From: Microcoleus sp.
GTDB lineage: Bacteria > Cyanobacteriota > Cyanobacteriia > Cyanobacteriales > Microcoleaceae
Length of the DNA: 64,000 nt
NCBI GenBank assembly: GCA_042408215.1
Contig: JAYFMW010000020.1
Span: 96,001-160,000, forward strand
Reading direction: 5' to 3'
The notes under the pieces are model-generated. The model had not been told where the DNA came from. It worked only from the letters and a program-made list of their open reading frames with translations, and searched no databases. The position numbers and the translations under genes are program-made. Shown here piece by piece: positions 1-11,159 of the stretch (positions are counted from its first letter, which is position 1; every line of letters begins with the position of its first letter).

Positions 1-428
1 CTCTCCGCGTCGGGTTCTGAACTGGGATTGGGATTTTCGGCTCGCACTGGTGTTGGCAAATCCACTGTCCACTCGCTGGGAGAAATACCCCGGAATTTTA
101 CTTGAGCAGGGTCGATCGTAAACCCGTCTTTCAACTCAACTACAATTCTGGTTGTATCGTCGTCAAACTGCCCTAAACGCACTGATTCGATCGCCCCTGA
201 GAAGGGCTGATTTACGGACTGACGGTCCAGACTCGTCCCCGGTAAATCGATCACCAACCGCGTCGGGTTGAAGATCAGTTGAGCCTTGGGTTGCACTCCC
301 CCGTCCGTTCTAATGTACAGCCGGTTCTGTGAAGCATCAAACCGCCAAGATTGCAGTCTCGCTGCTTCGGCGGCTCCGGTGAGCAAAAATACACCGAAGA
401 AACTGGATAGTAGCCAGTGGAATTTCAC
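1..428 (-). CDS. AMIN-domain protein, probably N-acetylmuramoyl-L-alanine amidase (5' part only, runs off the window)
   Basis: Manual translation from GTG at 428: MKFHWLLSSFFGVFLLTGAAEAARLQSWRFD...NPTRLVIDLPG...VRLGQFDDDTTRIVVEL, a signal peptide plus AMIN motifs. The catalytic domain is not in the window. Confidence 0.8.
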   Translation of the reverse strand, partial: MKFHWLLSSFFGVFLLTGAAEAARLQSWRFDASQNRLYIRTDGGVQPKAQLIFNPTRLVIDLPGTSLDRQSVNQPFSGAIESVRLGQFDDDTTRIVVELKDGFTIDPAQVKFRGISPSEWTVDLPTPVRAENPNPSSEPDAE

Positions 429-959
429 GACAGTTTTTCCTCGTTTGCGTTGCTACCAAAAGCCTCGGTTGGCGGTTTTTTGTGCCCTTCTGCCCTCAGC
501 AGTTAGCCGAAAGACTAAAGGGCGATCGCCGACCTCAGTTTTTGGCTAAATTGACTTTTTTATACCTCAACAGACTCACAAATGCCAGAATCTGGCGAAT
601 ATTCGCTCTCTCAAAGGAGCGCCGCCGATCGGCCCAAAGTTGATTGAAAGATTGCCGGTACAAGGGAACATATTTATTTTTGGCTGCAAGAAACCAACTG
701 TTTCTTGCAGCTCGAAGGTAGAAGTTAGAAGGTAGAATTTTACTGTTATTCAAGGGAGCAGTTTCAGGCATCGGACGAGATCGAGATACTTGACTCAGTG
801 AAATAGAATACCACCGGCTGGGATCGAGTTTTCAGAACTTTTGACGATCGCTCTTGAGATGATATCGCCTGTAAGCTGATTTTACTGCCAGTGTCTTGCC
901 ATTGAACAGGGAGAGGAGCCGAGACAGAGAGTGGGAGAATAGCTCGCTGAGCTCGCTGA

Positions 960-1245
960 GTTGGGGAGAGGGGGAGAGTGGGGGAGCGGGAGATGGGGAG
1001 ATAGGGAGAGCGGGAAAATATTCCTTGTTCCTTGTTCCTTCTTCCTTGTTCCTTGTTCCTTGTTCCTTCTTCCTTCTTCCTTCTTCCTTCAATCCGTAAC
1101 ACATCCGTTACATCCGTGGAGCGAATCCGTTGCTCTTCTTCCTTCTTCCTTCAATCCGTTACATCCGTTACATCCGTTACATCCGTGGAGCGAATCCGTT
1201 GCTCTTCTTCCTTCTTCCTTCAACATCTGACTACTGACTAATGAC
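960..1245. repeat. Heptamer tandem repeats (CTTGTTC, CTTCTTC), 9-mer ACATCCGTT repeats and a duplicated ~65 bp unit
   Basis: Read directly. The unit CTTCTTCCTTCTTCCTTCAATCCGT...GGAGCGAATCCGTTGCT occurs at about 1071-1134 and 1135-1204. Confidence 0.85.
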
Positions 1246-2235
1246 TAATGCCCTGATTGCAAACTTCCGGGCTATCCAGTTCAAAATTTCTTGATTTACT
1301 TGTTCGGGGCATTCATCCTGGGGACAGTGACCCGCATCATCTAGCTCAACTAACTCTACATAATTGGGGTTGCATTCGACAAATTGGTGAGGTCGGGCGA
1401 ACCGAGGGGGAATCATCCGGTCTTGGCGACCCCAAATTAACAGCATCGGAATTGTTAAATTTCGTAACACAGTCTTGACACCGGGACTGAATTGTGAACT
1501 ACCCACAGCTTTAAATAAAGCGCAGAAGGCTCTGGCCGCACCTCGATCGCCCGCCGGGCCGGAGAGAATGTCCACTAATTCGTCGGTAACGGCTTCGGGG
1601 CTGGAGTAGGCAAAAGCAGCCCAACGGCGGACAAAAGAGGGTTTGCGGACAAGGTAGAACAGAGGCCTCAGTATTAGGGGCGAAACAAAGATGCTTTCAA
1701 CAGCTTCGATCGCGGGTAACAGCCACCCCGGCACCGCCTCGGCTCGCACAGAGGGGTCTGGGAGGCTAATCATGACTATACCTGCTACCATGTCCGGGTG
1801 AGCGGCGGCGGCGGCCAGACAAATCAGGGAGCCGATCGAGTTTCCAGCCAAAACCACAGGCTTTCTGATAAAAGTCAGCCAAAAGTCATAAACTTGAGCG
1901 ACCCACACAGACACATCGTAGTTAAGCGGAGCTTTTTGGGAAGCTCCAAAGCCCAACAAATCCAGCGCGTAAACAGTGTGGAACTCGGCGAGGACAGGGA
2001 GATTTTGTCGCCAATGGCCGATCGAAGCCCCAAACCCGTGCAGTAAAATTATCGGCGTTGTCGGTTGTGGAGAGTCAATTTCTTGGGTGGCGGAATCCTC
2101 AATTGCGATCGAGCCTTGATTGTGTGGCTCTTGGGAACCAGAGGGACGCAAATAAGTGTAGCGAGTTTGCCAACCCCGCCAAACCCAGTCTCGTTGAGTA
2201 CCAATCCGTTGATGCCAGTGAAGAGAATTTGTCAA
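1231..2235 (-). CDS. Alpha/beta fold hydrolase
   Basis: HGFGAS, DLLGFGAS, GNSIG nucleophile elbow and AGHCPQDE motifs. Confidence 0.93.
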   Translation of the reverse strand: MTNSLHWHQRIGTQRDWVWRGWQTRYTYLRPSGSQEPHNQGSIAIEDSATQEIDSPQPTTPIILLHGFGASIGHWRQNLPVLAEFHTVYALDLLGFGASQKAPLNYDVSVWVAQVYDFWLTFIRKPVVLAGNSIGSLICLAAAAAHPDMVAGIVMISLPDPSVRAEAVPGWLLPAIEAVESIFVSPLILRPLFYLVRKPSFVRRWAAFAYSSPEAVTDELVDILSGPAGDRGAARAFCALFKAVGSSQFSPGVKTVLRNLTIPMLLIWGRQDRMIPPRFARPHQFVECNPNYVELVELDDAGHCPQDECPEQVNQEILNWIARKFAIRALVISQ

Positions 2236-2484
2236 TTTTGTCTACTCTCGCAACATAAATTTACAATCAACAATACTCATTGTACATGGCAGTAAAATAA
2301 AACTAAGCAGAAACTGAGCCTGACTAAATGCTTTTGCATAGTAAGCGAATTCTTGTAAAGTCGGGGAATATAGGGGTAGAAATTGGTACTATGTAATAGG
2401 ATAGGCTACCGTTTAAACCCACCGCGGTCGCATCGAACTTCTCAAAAAGTTTCTTCGTCAAGCGTAACGGCTGTGCCCCCAACA

Positions 2485-2566
2485 CTTCGACACTTCGACT
2501 ACGCGAGCGTGCGATGGTTGGTGAGCGTAGTCGAACACTTCGACTACGCGAGCGTGCGACGCCGCG
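2485..2566. repeat. Small dispersed repeats (21-nt CACTTCGACTACGCGAGCGTG x2 plus an inverted TGAGCGTAGTCGAA)
   Basis: The same 21-mer recurs at about 22096-22116. Related CTGAGCGTAGTCGAAG copies occur at about 47044 and 47083. Confidence 0.8.
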
Positions 2567-2830
2567 CTTCGCTCTGTTACCGTCTTACGCGCTTTCAATA
2601 TTTTGTTGAAAGCTTTGAGAGATACCTCCCTATCGGTCAAGCTAAAAGCGATGCCCGATCTGCCATACACAGTAAATTTGGGTAAATTCCTAGATTTGCC
2701 CCTTTAAATGTATCTGAGTAGAATGGCAAGTATAATGTTAACCCCTAGCCTGCTTCGTAACATCCTTTAAGAATCCCCGCGCGTTCACGCCGAGGAGTAC
2801 GTCAATAAACTACTGCTTACACAACAATTC

Positions 2831-3367
2831 ATGCCTGTGATTGAAAGAAGACAAAATCGTAACCTCCCCCAGATTAATGAAAATATTCGATACCCCAAAA
2901 TCCGGGTCATCGATACCGACGGCGCACAACTGGGGATATTGACACCATCAGAAGCACTGCGCCTCGCTGAGGAAAAAGAACTAGACTTGGTACTTGTCAG
3001 CGACAAAGCTGACCCGCCCGTATGTCGGGTGATGGACTACGGGAAGTATAAATTCGAGCAAGAGAAAAAAGCGCGAGAAGCAAAGCGGAAGCAGCACACT
3101 GCTGACGTGAAGGAAGTGAAGATGCGCTACAAAATTGAAGAACACGACTATCAAGTGCGCCTCAAACTAGCAGACCGCTTTATCAAGTCTGGGGACAAAG
3201 TAAAAGCTACGATCATGTTCAGAGGTCGGGAAATCCAACACAGCAACCTAGCAGAGGACTTGCTCAAGCGCATGGCCACGGATTTGCAGGAAATAGCAGA
3301 AGTGCAGCAAGCTCCGAAAAAAGAGGGACGGAGTATGATGATGCTGCTGTCGCCGAAGAAAGTATAG
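2831..3367 (+). CDS. infC: Translation initiation factor IF-3
   Basis: [36 protein letters not shown] and [11 protein letters not shown] motifs. Confidence 0.98.
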   Translation: MPVIERRQNRNLPQINENIRYPKIRVIDTDGAQLGILTPSEALRLAEEKELDLVLVSDKADPPVCRVMDYGKYKFEQEKKAREAKRKQHTADVKEVKMRYKIEEHDYQVRLKLADRFIKSGDKVKATIMFRGREIQHSNLAEDLLKRMATDLQEIAEVQQAPKKEGRSMMMLLSPKKV

Positions 3368-3766
3368 ATCGATAGTCATTGGCGATCGGTCATCAGTAAT
3401 TAGTCATACACTGGTGACTGATGGCTGATGGCTTCCGCACGGAAGTGGCGTTAAAAGCAATCAAGCGCCACCTCCCAGAGGCTAGGCTTAATCTTAAAAG
3501 CCTAGAACAGTAATGCTTTAGGTGTGCAATCAAACTAGAACGGTGTTTAGTTACTACCACGAAAGATTGTACGAGGCTTGGGTAAACTGCCTAAAAATTC
3601 CTACCTGACTACGCTCTATTTGGCCGTGGCTCGTCCCACAAACTGAAGGAAGCGACTACAGAGGAGTTGAAAAAGTGAACTTTAGGTGGAATGTTGTGAT
3701 TTATTCCAATTCACTCCGACTATAGGTTACTCAGGAATAAGCTACCACACAGGAAATCAACGCTGC

Positions 3767-6700
3767 ATGGAAAATTTTCAAATCAGCGGTTCAGCGGGAG
3801 TAAGACAAGGGATGCTCCGATCGCTCAACCTGCGATCGGAAGAAGTAGAACGAACCGTACTGATGTTCCTCGTCTACACTCTAACCTCCGTAGGGCTGAT
3901 CTGGCTGGAGCTCAGCACAGTAGGTCTGTTTCTAGACGAATACGGTGCCGAAAAAATGCCCTGGATTTACATCGCCAGCGCCTTCATCGGTTCCGGTTTA
4001 GGCTTTGTCTACTCCTGGCTGCAAAAAATCCTGCCATTGCGGCGCGTCATCGTCGTTGTTCTGGCCATGATGTCGGTACCGCTATTCCTGTTTCGATTCG
4101 GCATCGGCTACGAGGATACCAAGATAGCTGGCATCAGCATCGCCTTCATTACGATATTCATGATGTGGCTGTGGGTGGAAGCTTGCTATGTGCTCAATGA
4201 CCTCAACACTTCCATCACTTCCAACCAACTTTTCAACATCAGAGAAATCAAGCGCACCTATCCCCTAGTCAGCAGCGGCTATTTGGTGGCTGGAGTAGTC
4301 AGCGGATTTTCTCTGCCGATATTGCTACACGTAGTCGGACTCAAAAACGTGACCCTGATATCGGGGTTAATGGTTGCTACAGGCTCGGTATTGCTGTACT
4401 ACCTCACGGAAAAATACCGCCAAGCATTCCCGGAAACAGCCCACTGGACTGATGATGAGGATGACGACAATCAAGAATTTACCGCCCGCAAAGTTACAGG
4501 CCCGCTGCAAAAATACGCCGTACCTCTAGTCAGCTTCTTCGTCCTCGCAGAAGTCCTCTACGTCCTAATAGATTTCCAATTCTACAGCCAGCTAGAATAC
4601 CAAAACGCGGGGGAGGGAGTGAGCGTAGCTAGTAAGATTGCTAGCTTTCTGGGCATTTACGAAGGCATTCAAGGCTTGTTTCAAGTTGGTACTCAGTGGT
4701 TCGCCTCCAGCCGCTTGGTAGAAAGAATCGGAGTATTTGTGACAGCGATGATTCTGCCGGCGGGGATAGCGATACTCGGAGTGCTGACGCTGGGATCGTC
4801 TCTGGGCCAGTTAGTACCAGTTTTCATCGGACTGGTATTTCTGAGATTTTTAGACGAACTGCTGCACTACACGCTGTTGGAAACTGTGAGCCCGGTTTTG
4901 TTCCAACCTATCCCGGACAATATTCGATCGGGAATCCAAACACTCGTTAACGGTGTGGGGGAACCTTTGTCCTGCGGAGTGACAGGAGTCGGTATCCTGA
5001 TTCTGCTGTGGGTGACAAACTACATACTCCCTCATGAAAGCGAAAGTCAATTTCATGACCAGCAAAGCTTGGTATTCATCGGCATCATCGTTCTGTTGTC
5101 GCTGGTGTGGCTGTTCGTGGTCTGGCTGATCAGATCGCAATACGTGGGTTTGTTGGTCAAAAGTGCCGAACGCGGCCGCTTGGGTGTCAGTGATGTAGAC
5201 CTGAAGGCCTTGAAACGGGCGGTAGTCGAAACTCTGGAACAGCCGGGAGGGGAAGATGATAAGCGCTCTTGTATAGAATTGCTGACCCAAATTGACCCCA
5301 AAAATGTGGGAGAAGTTTTGGCTCCCATCCTGGAAGGGTTGCCCCCAGCCTTGCAGCGCCAAAGCCTGGAAACTATGCTCCAACACCCGAACCCTGCTTA
5401 TTTGGCAACTGTTCGTAAGCTGAGCGAGCAATCCCTGCCCCCTGAAGTGCTGGCTTTGGCCCTGCGCTATATCTGGCTGACAGATTCAGAACCGGCGGTA
5501 GACAATCTGCGGCCTTATTTGCAGCCGACTGTAGACCCGGTAGTGCGTGGCACGGCGGCTGCTTTAATTATGAGAAGGGGCGATCGCCTGCAAAAGGCAG
5601 AAGCTACTAACACCCTGCGACAAATGCTGACCCACAAGCAAGAGCGGGAACGAGTCATGGGTACGCGGGCTCTGGGAGAGGCTGACTACCTCCAAGGACT
5701 GCGGCTGCATATACCCAATCTGTTGCAAGATGAGTCTCTGCGTGTGCGGTGCGCTCTGTTGGACGTGATTTCTTCTACTCATTCGGAAGAATATTACCCT
5801 TCCCTGGTGCGCGGACTTGGTTACAAATCGACGAGAGAATCTGCTTTGGGGGCGATCGTCAAACTTCACAACGACGCGATTCCCCTGCTCGTCCACTTAG
5901 CAGAGGATATCCACAAATCGGATTTAGTCAGGTTGCAGGCCTGGATAGCTTTGGGTCAAATCGGTACTGTAGAGGCGATCGACATTCTGGTAGGTAATTT
6001 AATCACTGCTTGGGGAACTACCAGGCGCAATATCCTCCGCATCCTCTTGAAAATGCCCTCAGAAGTGGGCATAGAAGGCGTTCTAGACCGTATTGGTCGC
6101 AGCGGGGTCGAAACTCTCATCGAACAGGAGTTAATGTTTATCGGTCAAATTTACGCAGGTATGGTGGATTTGTCTCCGGTAACAACCTACGGCAATTTTC
6201 AAGCGGTCGATTCAATCAGCCCTGGGGAACCTGCTTCGGATACGGCTCAATTGTTACAGCGGGCACTGGCGGGGTTAGAATCTGACGCTACAGATCGGTG
6301 TTTCTTGCTGATGAAGTTTCTTTACCCGCTGGACACTGTGCAAGCGGCGGCTTTTAATATCGCTTCGGGTCAACCTTCTTTGGTTGCTAGGGGATTGGAA
6401 ATTTTAGACAATACTGTTGATATCGCGAGTAAGCGATCGCTCATCAACCTATTGGATCAGCACTCGGAAAGAGAAAAACTGAGTAACCTCTCGGAATTGA
6501 TGGTGTACAAACCTCTAGCCCCTAGCGATCGTTTGCGCCGTTTGCTAGAATTGCGCCACTTCCTGTCAGATTGGGCATTGGCGTGCTGCTTTCATCTGGC
6601 TAGGGAAGCCCGCTGGAGTCTCACGGCTCAACAAACTCTCGTCTGTCTGCGACACCCGATGGGTTTTGTCCGCGAAGCAGTGTTAGCCTATTTGAAAATA

Positions 6701-6817
6701 GCCTCGCCTCGGGCTTTGGTCGAATTGCTGCCCAGGTTGCAAAATGACCCGGATCACTTGGTATCAGCTCAAGTTGAACAGATGATGGCAGAGTTGGGTA
6801 CTGGGGGAAGAAGGTAA
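3767..6817 (+). CDS. MFS/nucleotide-translocase-like membrane protein with C-terminal HEAT repeats
   Basis: About 12 hydrophobic helices with the FNIREIKRTYPL motif, followed by helical HEAT-like repeats. ATG at 3767 preferred over GTG at 3686. Confidence 0.8.
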   Translation: MENFQISGSAGVRQGMLRSLNLRSEEVERTVLMFLVYTLTSVGLIWLELSTVGLFLDEYGAEKMPWIYIASAFIGSGLGFVYSWLQKILPLRRVIVVVLAMMSVPLFLFRFGIGYEDTKIAGISIAFITIFMMWLWVEACYVLNDLNTSITSNQLFNIREIKRTYPLVSSGYLVAGVVSGFSLPILLHVVGLKNVTLISGLMVATGSVLLYYLTEKYRQAFPETAHWTDDEDDDNQEFTARKVTGPLQKYAVPLVSFFVLAEVLYVLIDFQFYSQLEYQNAGEGVSVASKIASFLGIYEGIQGLFQVGTQWFASSRLVERIGVFVTAMILPAGIAILGVLTLGSSLGQLVPVFIGLVFLRFLDELLHYTLLETVSPVLFQPIPDNIRSGIQTLVNGVGEPLSCGVTGVGILILLWVTNYILPHESESQFHDQQSLVFIGIIVLLSLVWLFVVWLIRSQYVGLLVKSAERGRLGVSDVDLKALKRAVVETLEQPGGEDDKRSCIELLTQIDPKNVGEVLAPILEGLPPALQRQSLETMLQHPNPAYLATVRKLSEQSLPPEVLALALRYIWLTDSEPAVDNLRPYLQPTVDPVVRGTAAALIMRRGDRLQKAEATNTLRQMLTHKQERERVMGTRALGEADYLQGLRLHIPNLLQDESLRVRCALLDVISSTHSEEYYPSLVRGLGYKSTRESALGAIVKLHNDAIPLLVHLAEDIHKSDLVRLQAWIALGQIGTVEAIDILVGNLITAWGTTRRNILRILLKMPSEVGIEGVLDRIGRSGVETLIEQELMFIGQIYAGMVDLSPVTTYGNFQAVDSISPGEPASDTAQLLQRALAGLESDATDRCFLLMKFLYPLDTVQAAAFNIASGQPSLVARGLEILDNTVDIASKRSLINLLDQHSEREKLSNLSELMVYKPLAPSDRLRRLLELRHFLSDWALACCFHLAREARWSLTAQQTLVCLRHPMGFVREAVLAYLKIASPRALVELLPRLQNDPDHLVSAQVEQMMAELGTGGRR

Positions 6818-6819
6818 TA

Positions 6820-6990
6820 TTAGTCATTAGTCATTAGTCATTAGTCATTAGTCATTAGTTAGTTGTTAATTGTTAGTTGGCAGTTGTTAGTTGGCAGTTG
6901 TTAGTTGTCAGTTGTTAGTTGTCAGTCAACAGTTAACAGTTAACGGTCAACAGTTAACAGTCACACAGTCAACAGTCAACAGTCAACAGT
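6820..6990. repeat. Heptamer tandem repeat arrays (TTAGTCA, AGTTGTY, GTCAACA)
   Basis: Read directly. Typical cyanobacterial STRR-like intergenic arrays. Confidence 0.85.
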
Positions 6991-7047
6991 TTCTATTCCC
7001 CTTCCCCTTCCCATTTTTCAGTTTAAATTAATCACTGCACGCTTATT

Positions 7048-7524
7048 ATGTTAACCAGCGTCGAACGCCTATTATTTGTCAGGGCGGTTCCGATTTTTAA
7101 GGAACTGCGGGATGATTTTCTCGTGCGTCTAGCATCGGTAATGGATGAACTTTCGTTTCCTTCTAAACATACAATTTTTACGGAAGGACAGGAAGGTCGA
7201 TCGCTCTATATTTTGGTATCGGGAACGGTGCGGGTTCATATTGGCGATCGGGATTTGGCGCAGTTGAAAGCGGGTGCTTGTTTTGGCGAAATGTCGCTGT
7301 TTGATGCGGAACCTCGCTCGGCTTCTATTACTACTCTTGAACAATGCGAGTGTTTGATGCTGACTCAAATGCAACTCTACGATGCTATTGATGAAACACC
7401 GGGAATTGCTGTTAATATTATTCGCTTGCTGTCACGGCGCATTCGCGAATTAAATCAAAAGTTGAATGCTAAAGAAGCGGTTCAGTTGCTGCCAGATGCT
7501 GCTAAAGTTGTTGAAATGCGATGA
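7048..7524 (+). CDS. Stand-alone cyclic nucleotide-binding domain protein
   Basis: IFTEGQEGRSLYILVSG and FGEMSLFDAEPRSAS phosphate-binding cassette. No HTH domain. Confidence 0.92.
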   Translation: MLTSVERLLFVRAVPIFKELRDDFLVRLASVMDELSFPSKHTIFTEGQEGRSLYILVSGTVRVHIGDRDLAQLKAGACFGEMSLFDAEPRSASITTLEQCECLMLTQMQLYDAIDETPGIAVNIIRLLSRRIRELNQKLNAKEAVQLLPDAAKVVEMR

Positions 7525-7730
7525 AAAGTGGGAATGGGGCATTGGGCATTGGGCATTGGGCCTTGGGCCTTGTGTCTCAAGAGATAGGAACTTACGCACA
7601 ACTTTTAAATGTAAGGTCGCAGTGCTCACCTTACTACTATTGGTTTCGTAAGTCCTAAAACAATGAAAAACCCGGTTTATTATTGAATAAACCGGGTTTT
7701 GGAAATCGATGATGAAGAGCGATTTACTGT

Positions 7731-8075
7731 CTAGAACAGGCGGAAAATAAAAGGGTAGCGGTAAGGTTGGTTGGGTTCTTTTAAAATGTGGAGAATCGCA
7801 AAAATTGTCAGTCCCCAATGTAGCAGATAACCTATTGGTGCTAGGATAAAGCCAGCCAAGCCGAAAGTCACGACAGTTAAGACTAGAATAATGGTGCTGT
7901 ACAGCCAGACATTAAAGTGAAAATTGATGGCTTCTGTGGCATTATCTTTGACAACGGGGTCATCGGATACTAATAATACGGCGATCGGCACGCCGATGGA
8001 CAACCCTAATGTACTCAAAAAAATAGCCCCGTGGCACAGGAGTGATAGCAGCTTCCGCTTGTCTGAGTCGTACAT
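7731..8075 (-). CDS. DUF4870-like small membrane protein
   Basis: LLCH...DPVVKDNATEAINFH...YRYPF pattern with three TM segments. Confidence 0.85.
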   Translation of the reverse strand: MYDSDKRKLLSLLCHGAIFLSTLGLSIGVPIAVLLVSDDPVVKDNATEAINFHFNVWLYSTIILVLTVVTFGLAGFILAPIGYLLHWGLTIFAILHILKEPNQPYRYPFIFRLF

Positions 8076-8263
8076 ATTACTTTTCTCTTGACTTTATGAT
8101 AACTTTACCTTTAATAACTAATTTAGCACAGGCTATAATGGCGATCGGGTGATGATTCCCCTACCTGATTTGCGATCGCCTCGATCAATTTGGTCACAAC
8201 CCCCGGACTGAGCCGTGGGAACAATCTAAAATCTAAAATCTAAAATCTAAAATCTAAAATCGG

Positions 8264-9892
8264 ATGACCACAGAACTTGAAACTGAACTGCAAACTGCTG
8301 TTGAGCGCCGACGCAACTTTGCCATTATCTCACACCCCGACGCGGGTAAAACTACTCTGACAGAAAAGTTGCTGCTTTACGGAGGTGCTATTCATGAAGC
8401 AGGTTCTGTGAAAGCGCGGCGAGCTCAGCGACACGCTACATCCGACTGGATGGAAATGGAACAGCAGCGGGGAATTTCTATTACTTCTACTGTATTGCAG
8501 TTTGAGTATAAAAAATATCACATTAATTTGCTCGATACTCCGGGACACCAAGATTTTAGCGAAGATACTTATCGGACTCTGGCGGCGGCTGATAATGCGG
8601 TGATGTTGGAGGATGCTGCTAAGGGGTTGGAACCGCAAACTCGGAAGTTGTTTGAAGTTTGTAAGCTGCGAAGTTTGCCGATATTTACGTTCTTTAATAA
8701 GCTCGATCGCCCTAGCAGAGAACCTTTGGATTTGTTGGACGAAATTGAGCGGGAATTGGGGTTGCAGACTTATCCGGTAAATTGGCCCATCGGTACGGGC
8801 GATCGCTTTAAAGGTGTTTTCGATCGCCGTCAACGTAAAATTCACTTATTCGAGCGCAGTCAACATGGTTCCCGCGCTGCTGTCGATACGGCGATCGAAT
8901 TGGGCGATCCGCGCCTTGAGAAACTTTTGGAGCCCGATCTTTACGATCAATTTAAAGATGATTTGGAACTGCTAGATGAATTAGGGGATGAACTAGATTT
9001 AGACTTAGTTGCTGCTGGGAAAATGACGCCTGTTTTCTTTGGTAGCGCCATGAGTAATTTTGGGGTTGAGCTGTTTTTAGATGCGTTTTTAGACTATGCT
9101 CTTAAACCGATCGCCCGCAAAAGCAGTGTTGGAGAACTTCCGCCAACCTATGAAGATTTTACCGGGTTTGTGTTTAAGTTGCAAGCGAATATGGACCCAA
9201 GACATCGCGATCGGGTTGCCTTTATTCGGGTTTGTACGGGTAAGTTTGAAAAGGACATGAATGTGACTCACGCTCGCACGGGTAAAACGGTGCGTTTGTC
9301 AAGACCTCAAAAATTATTTGCTCAGGATCGAGAGTCGATCGAGGTTGCTTATCCGGGTGATGTGATTGGTTTGAATAATCCGGGAGTTTTTGCGATCGGC
9401 GATACGATTTATACTGGTCAAAAACTGGAATATGAAGGGATTCCCTGTTTTTCGCCGGAACTTTTTGCTTATTTGAGAAATCCCAATCCTTCTAAATTTA
9501 AGCAGTTCCGCAAAGGTGTTTCTGAGTTGCAGGAAGAAGGCGCTGTGCAAATTATGTATTCGGTGGATGAGTCGAAACGGGAGCCAATTTTGGCGGCTGT
9601 GGGACAGTTGCAATTTGAGGTGGTGCAGTTTAGAATGCAGTCAGAATATAATGTGGAAACCCTGATTGATATGTTACCTTATAGTGTAGCTCGCTGGGTT
9701 GATGGCGGTTGGGATGCGCTGGTAAAAGTTGGGCGGCTGTTTAATACGGTGACGGTTAAAGATAGTTGGGGAAGACCAGTTTTGCTGTTTAGAAATGAGT
9801 GGAATTGTCACCAGGTGGAAGGTGAACATCCTGTGTTGAAACTTAACTCGATCGCCCCGGTGGTTTCTGGTTTGGAAATTAGCGCTAATTGA
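8264..9892 (+). CDS. prfC: Peptide chain release factor 3
   Basis: [53 protein letters not shown]. Confidence 0.99.
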   Translation: MTTELETELQTAVERRRNFAIISHPDAGKTTLTEKLLLYGGAIHEAGSVKARRAQRHATSDWMEMEQQRGISITSTVLQFEYKKYHINLLDTPGHQDFSEDTYRTLAAADNAVMLEDAAKGLEPQTRKLFEVCKLRSLPIFTFFNKLDRPSREPLDLLDEIERELGLQTYPVNWPIGTGDRFKGVFDRRQRKIHLFERSQHGSRAAVDTAIELGDPRLEKLLEPDLYDQFKDDLELLDELGDELDLDLVAAGKMTPVFFGSAMSNFGVELFLDAFLDYALKPIARKSSVGELPPTYEDFTGFVFKLQANMDPRHRDRVAFIRVCTGKFEKDMNVTHARTGKTVRLSRPQKLFAQDRESIEVAYPGDVIGLNNPGVFAIGDTIYTGQKLEYEGIPCFSPELFAYLRNPNPSKFKQFRKGVSELQEEGAVQIMYSVDESKREPILAAVGQLQFEVVQFRMQSEYNVETLIDMLPYSVARWVDGGWDALVKVGRLFNTVTVKDSWGRPVLLFRNEWNCHQVEGEHPVLKLNSIAPVVSGLEISAN

Positions 9893-9901
9893 GGTAAAGC
9901 T

Positions 9902-10196
9902 ATGACTTTTGCTCCTGATATCACAACCGAAATTACTCATCTCCCGGAGCATACTGAACTCCCAGAAACAGATGGTTCTTTTGTGAAAAATTTTCAGGAG
10001 CATCCTCAAAGTTTTCTATTAACTGATTCCCTCGAACCAGTCCTGCAAAAGCTCCATCCAGAATGCGATCTTGTTTACGGTTGTTTCTGAATGATTGAAC
10101 CGCAGAGAGCGCCAGAGGGCGCTGAGTCAGATCCGAGAGAGATGAAGAATTCTGCTCCCAACAGATTTGCTCTGATTATGCTATTGGTCAGGATTA
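9902..10196 (+). pseudogene. Truncated, interrupted duplicate of the adjacent Uma2 gene
   Basis: The first 54 codons are near-identical to 10254-10415. A ~109 bp foreign segment follows, then ~23 bp of resumed homology (TGATTATGCTATTGGTCAGGATT). Confidence 0.88.
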
Positions 10197-10253
10197 TTGA
10201 ACCTGAAGTATAATTGTTGAAAAAGTAGGGTAGGCACCAATTGAGGTAGAGCT

Positions 10254-11027
10254 ATGACTTTTGCTCCTGATATCACAACCGAAATTATCCGTCTACCGGA
10301 TCATACTGAACTCCCAGAAACAGATGGTACTTTTGTGAAAAATTTTCAGGAGCATCCTCAAAGCGTTCTATTAACTGATTCCCTCGAACCAGTCCTGCAA
10401 AACCTTCATCCAGAAGGTGATTATGCTATAGGTCAGGATTGTGGCATTTATTGGCGTTTGACAGAGCCTTTAGAACGTGGTGCTGAATGCCCAGATTGGT
10501 TTTATGTGCCTAATGTGCCGCCCACTATTGATGGTAAAGTGCGACGTTCTTATGTGTTGTGGCAAGAATTTATAGCGCCGCTAATTGTCTTAGAATTTGT
10601 ATCGGGAGATGGTTCGGAGGAAAGAGATAAAACTCCTGTATTTGTTTCTGAACAAGAGGGGAGAGCAAAGCCTGGTAAATTTTGGATTTATGAAAATGCG
10701 ATCCGCACTCCTTTTTATGGAATTTATGAAGTGAGTAAAGCTAGTATTGAGCTTTATCATTTAGTGGATGGACAATATCAGTTATTACCGGCTAATGAGC
10801 GTGGTCATTATCCAATTCCAGCTTTGGGAGTGGAGTTGGGAATTTGGCCAGGAGTTTATCAGAATGCGGAATTGGCTTGGTTGCGCTGGTGGGATTCTGA
10901 TGGTAATTTGTTGTTGACTGGTTGGGAAATGACAAAGTTATCAGAAGTGCGTTTAGAACAGGAACGTGCAAAATCTGAGCGGTTGGCTGAGCAATTACGA
11001 GCGGCAGGAATTGAACCCGATCTATAA
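10254..11027 (+). CDS. Uma2 (DUF820) family PD-(D/E)XK endonuclease-like protein
   Basis: LPDHTELPETDG, CPDWFYVP, PLIVLEFVS and LRWWD motifs with a coiled-coil tail. Confidence 0.93.
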   Translation: MTFAPDITTEIIRLPDHTELPETDGTFVKNFQEHPQSVLLTDSLEPVLQNLHPEGDYAIGQDCGIYWRLTEPLERGAECPDWFYVPNVPPTIDGKVRRSYVLWQEFIAPLIVLEFVSGDGSEERDKTPVFVSEQEGRAKPGKFWIYENAIRTPFYGIYEVSKASIELYHLVDGQYQLLPANERGHYPIPALGVELGIWPGVYQNAELAWLRWWDSDGNLLLTGWEMTKLSEVRLEQERAKSERLAEQLRAAGIEPDL

Positions 11028-11159
11028 ATTAAGAGGGACTATGGCAAAAAAAGGCTTTGAGATTCTTCGCTTTGCTGAGAATGACGTAATTACATTGAAA
11101 TCCGTAAGTCATATTAAGGCTTAGGCTAAGTTAGACAAGATGCGATCGCCAGAAAAGTC

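Noticed and set aside
764..1241. Several overlapping short ORFs
   Set aside because: Low-complexity translations of heptamer repeats.
3400..3700. Possible riboswitch or ncRNA upstream of the MFS-HEAT gene (also considered upstream of cobU and of the lysozyme fusion)
   Set aside because: No recognisable consensus by eye. An Rfam/Infernal search would be needed.
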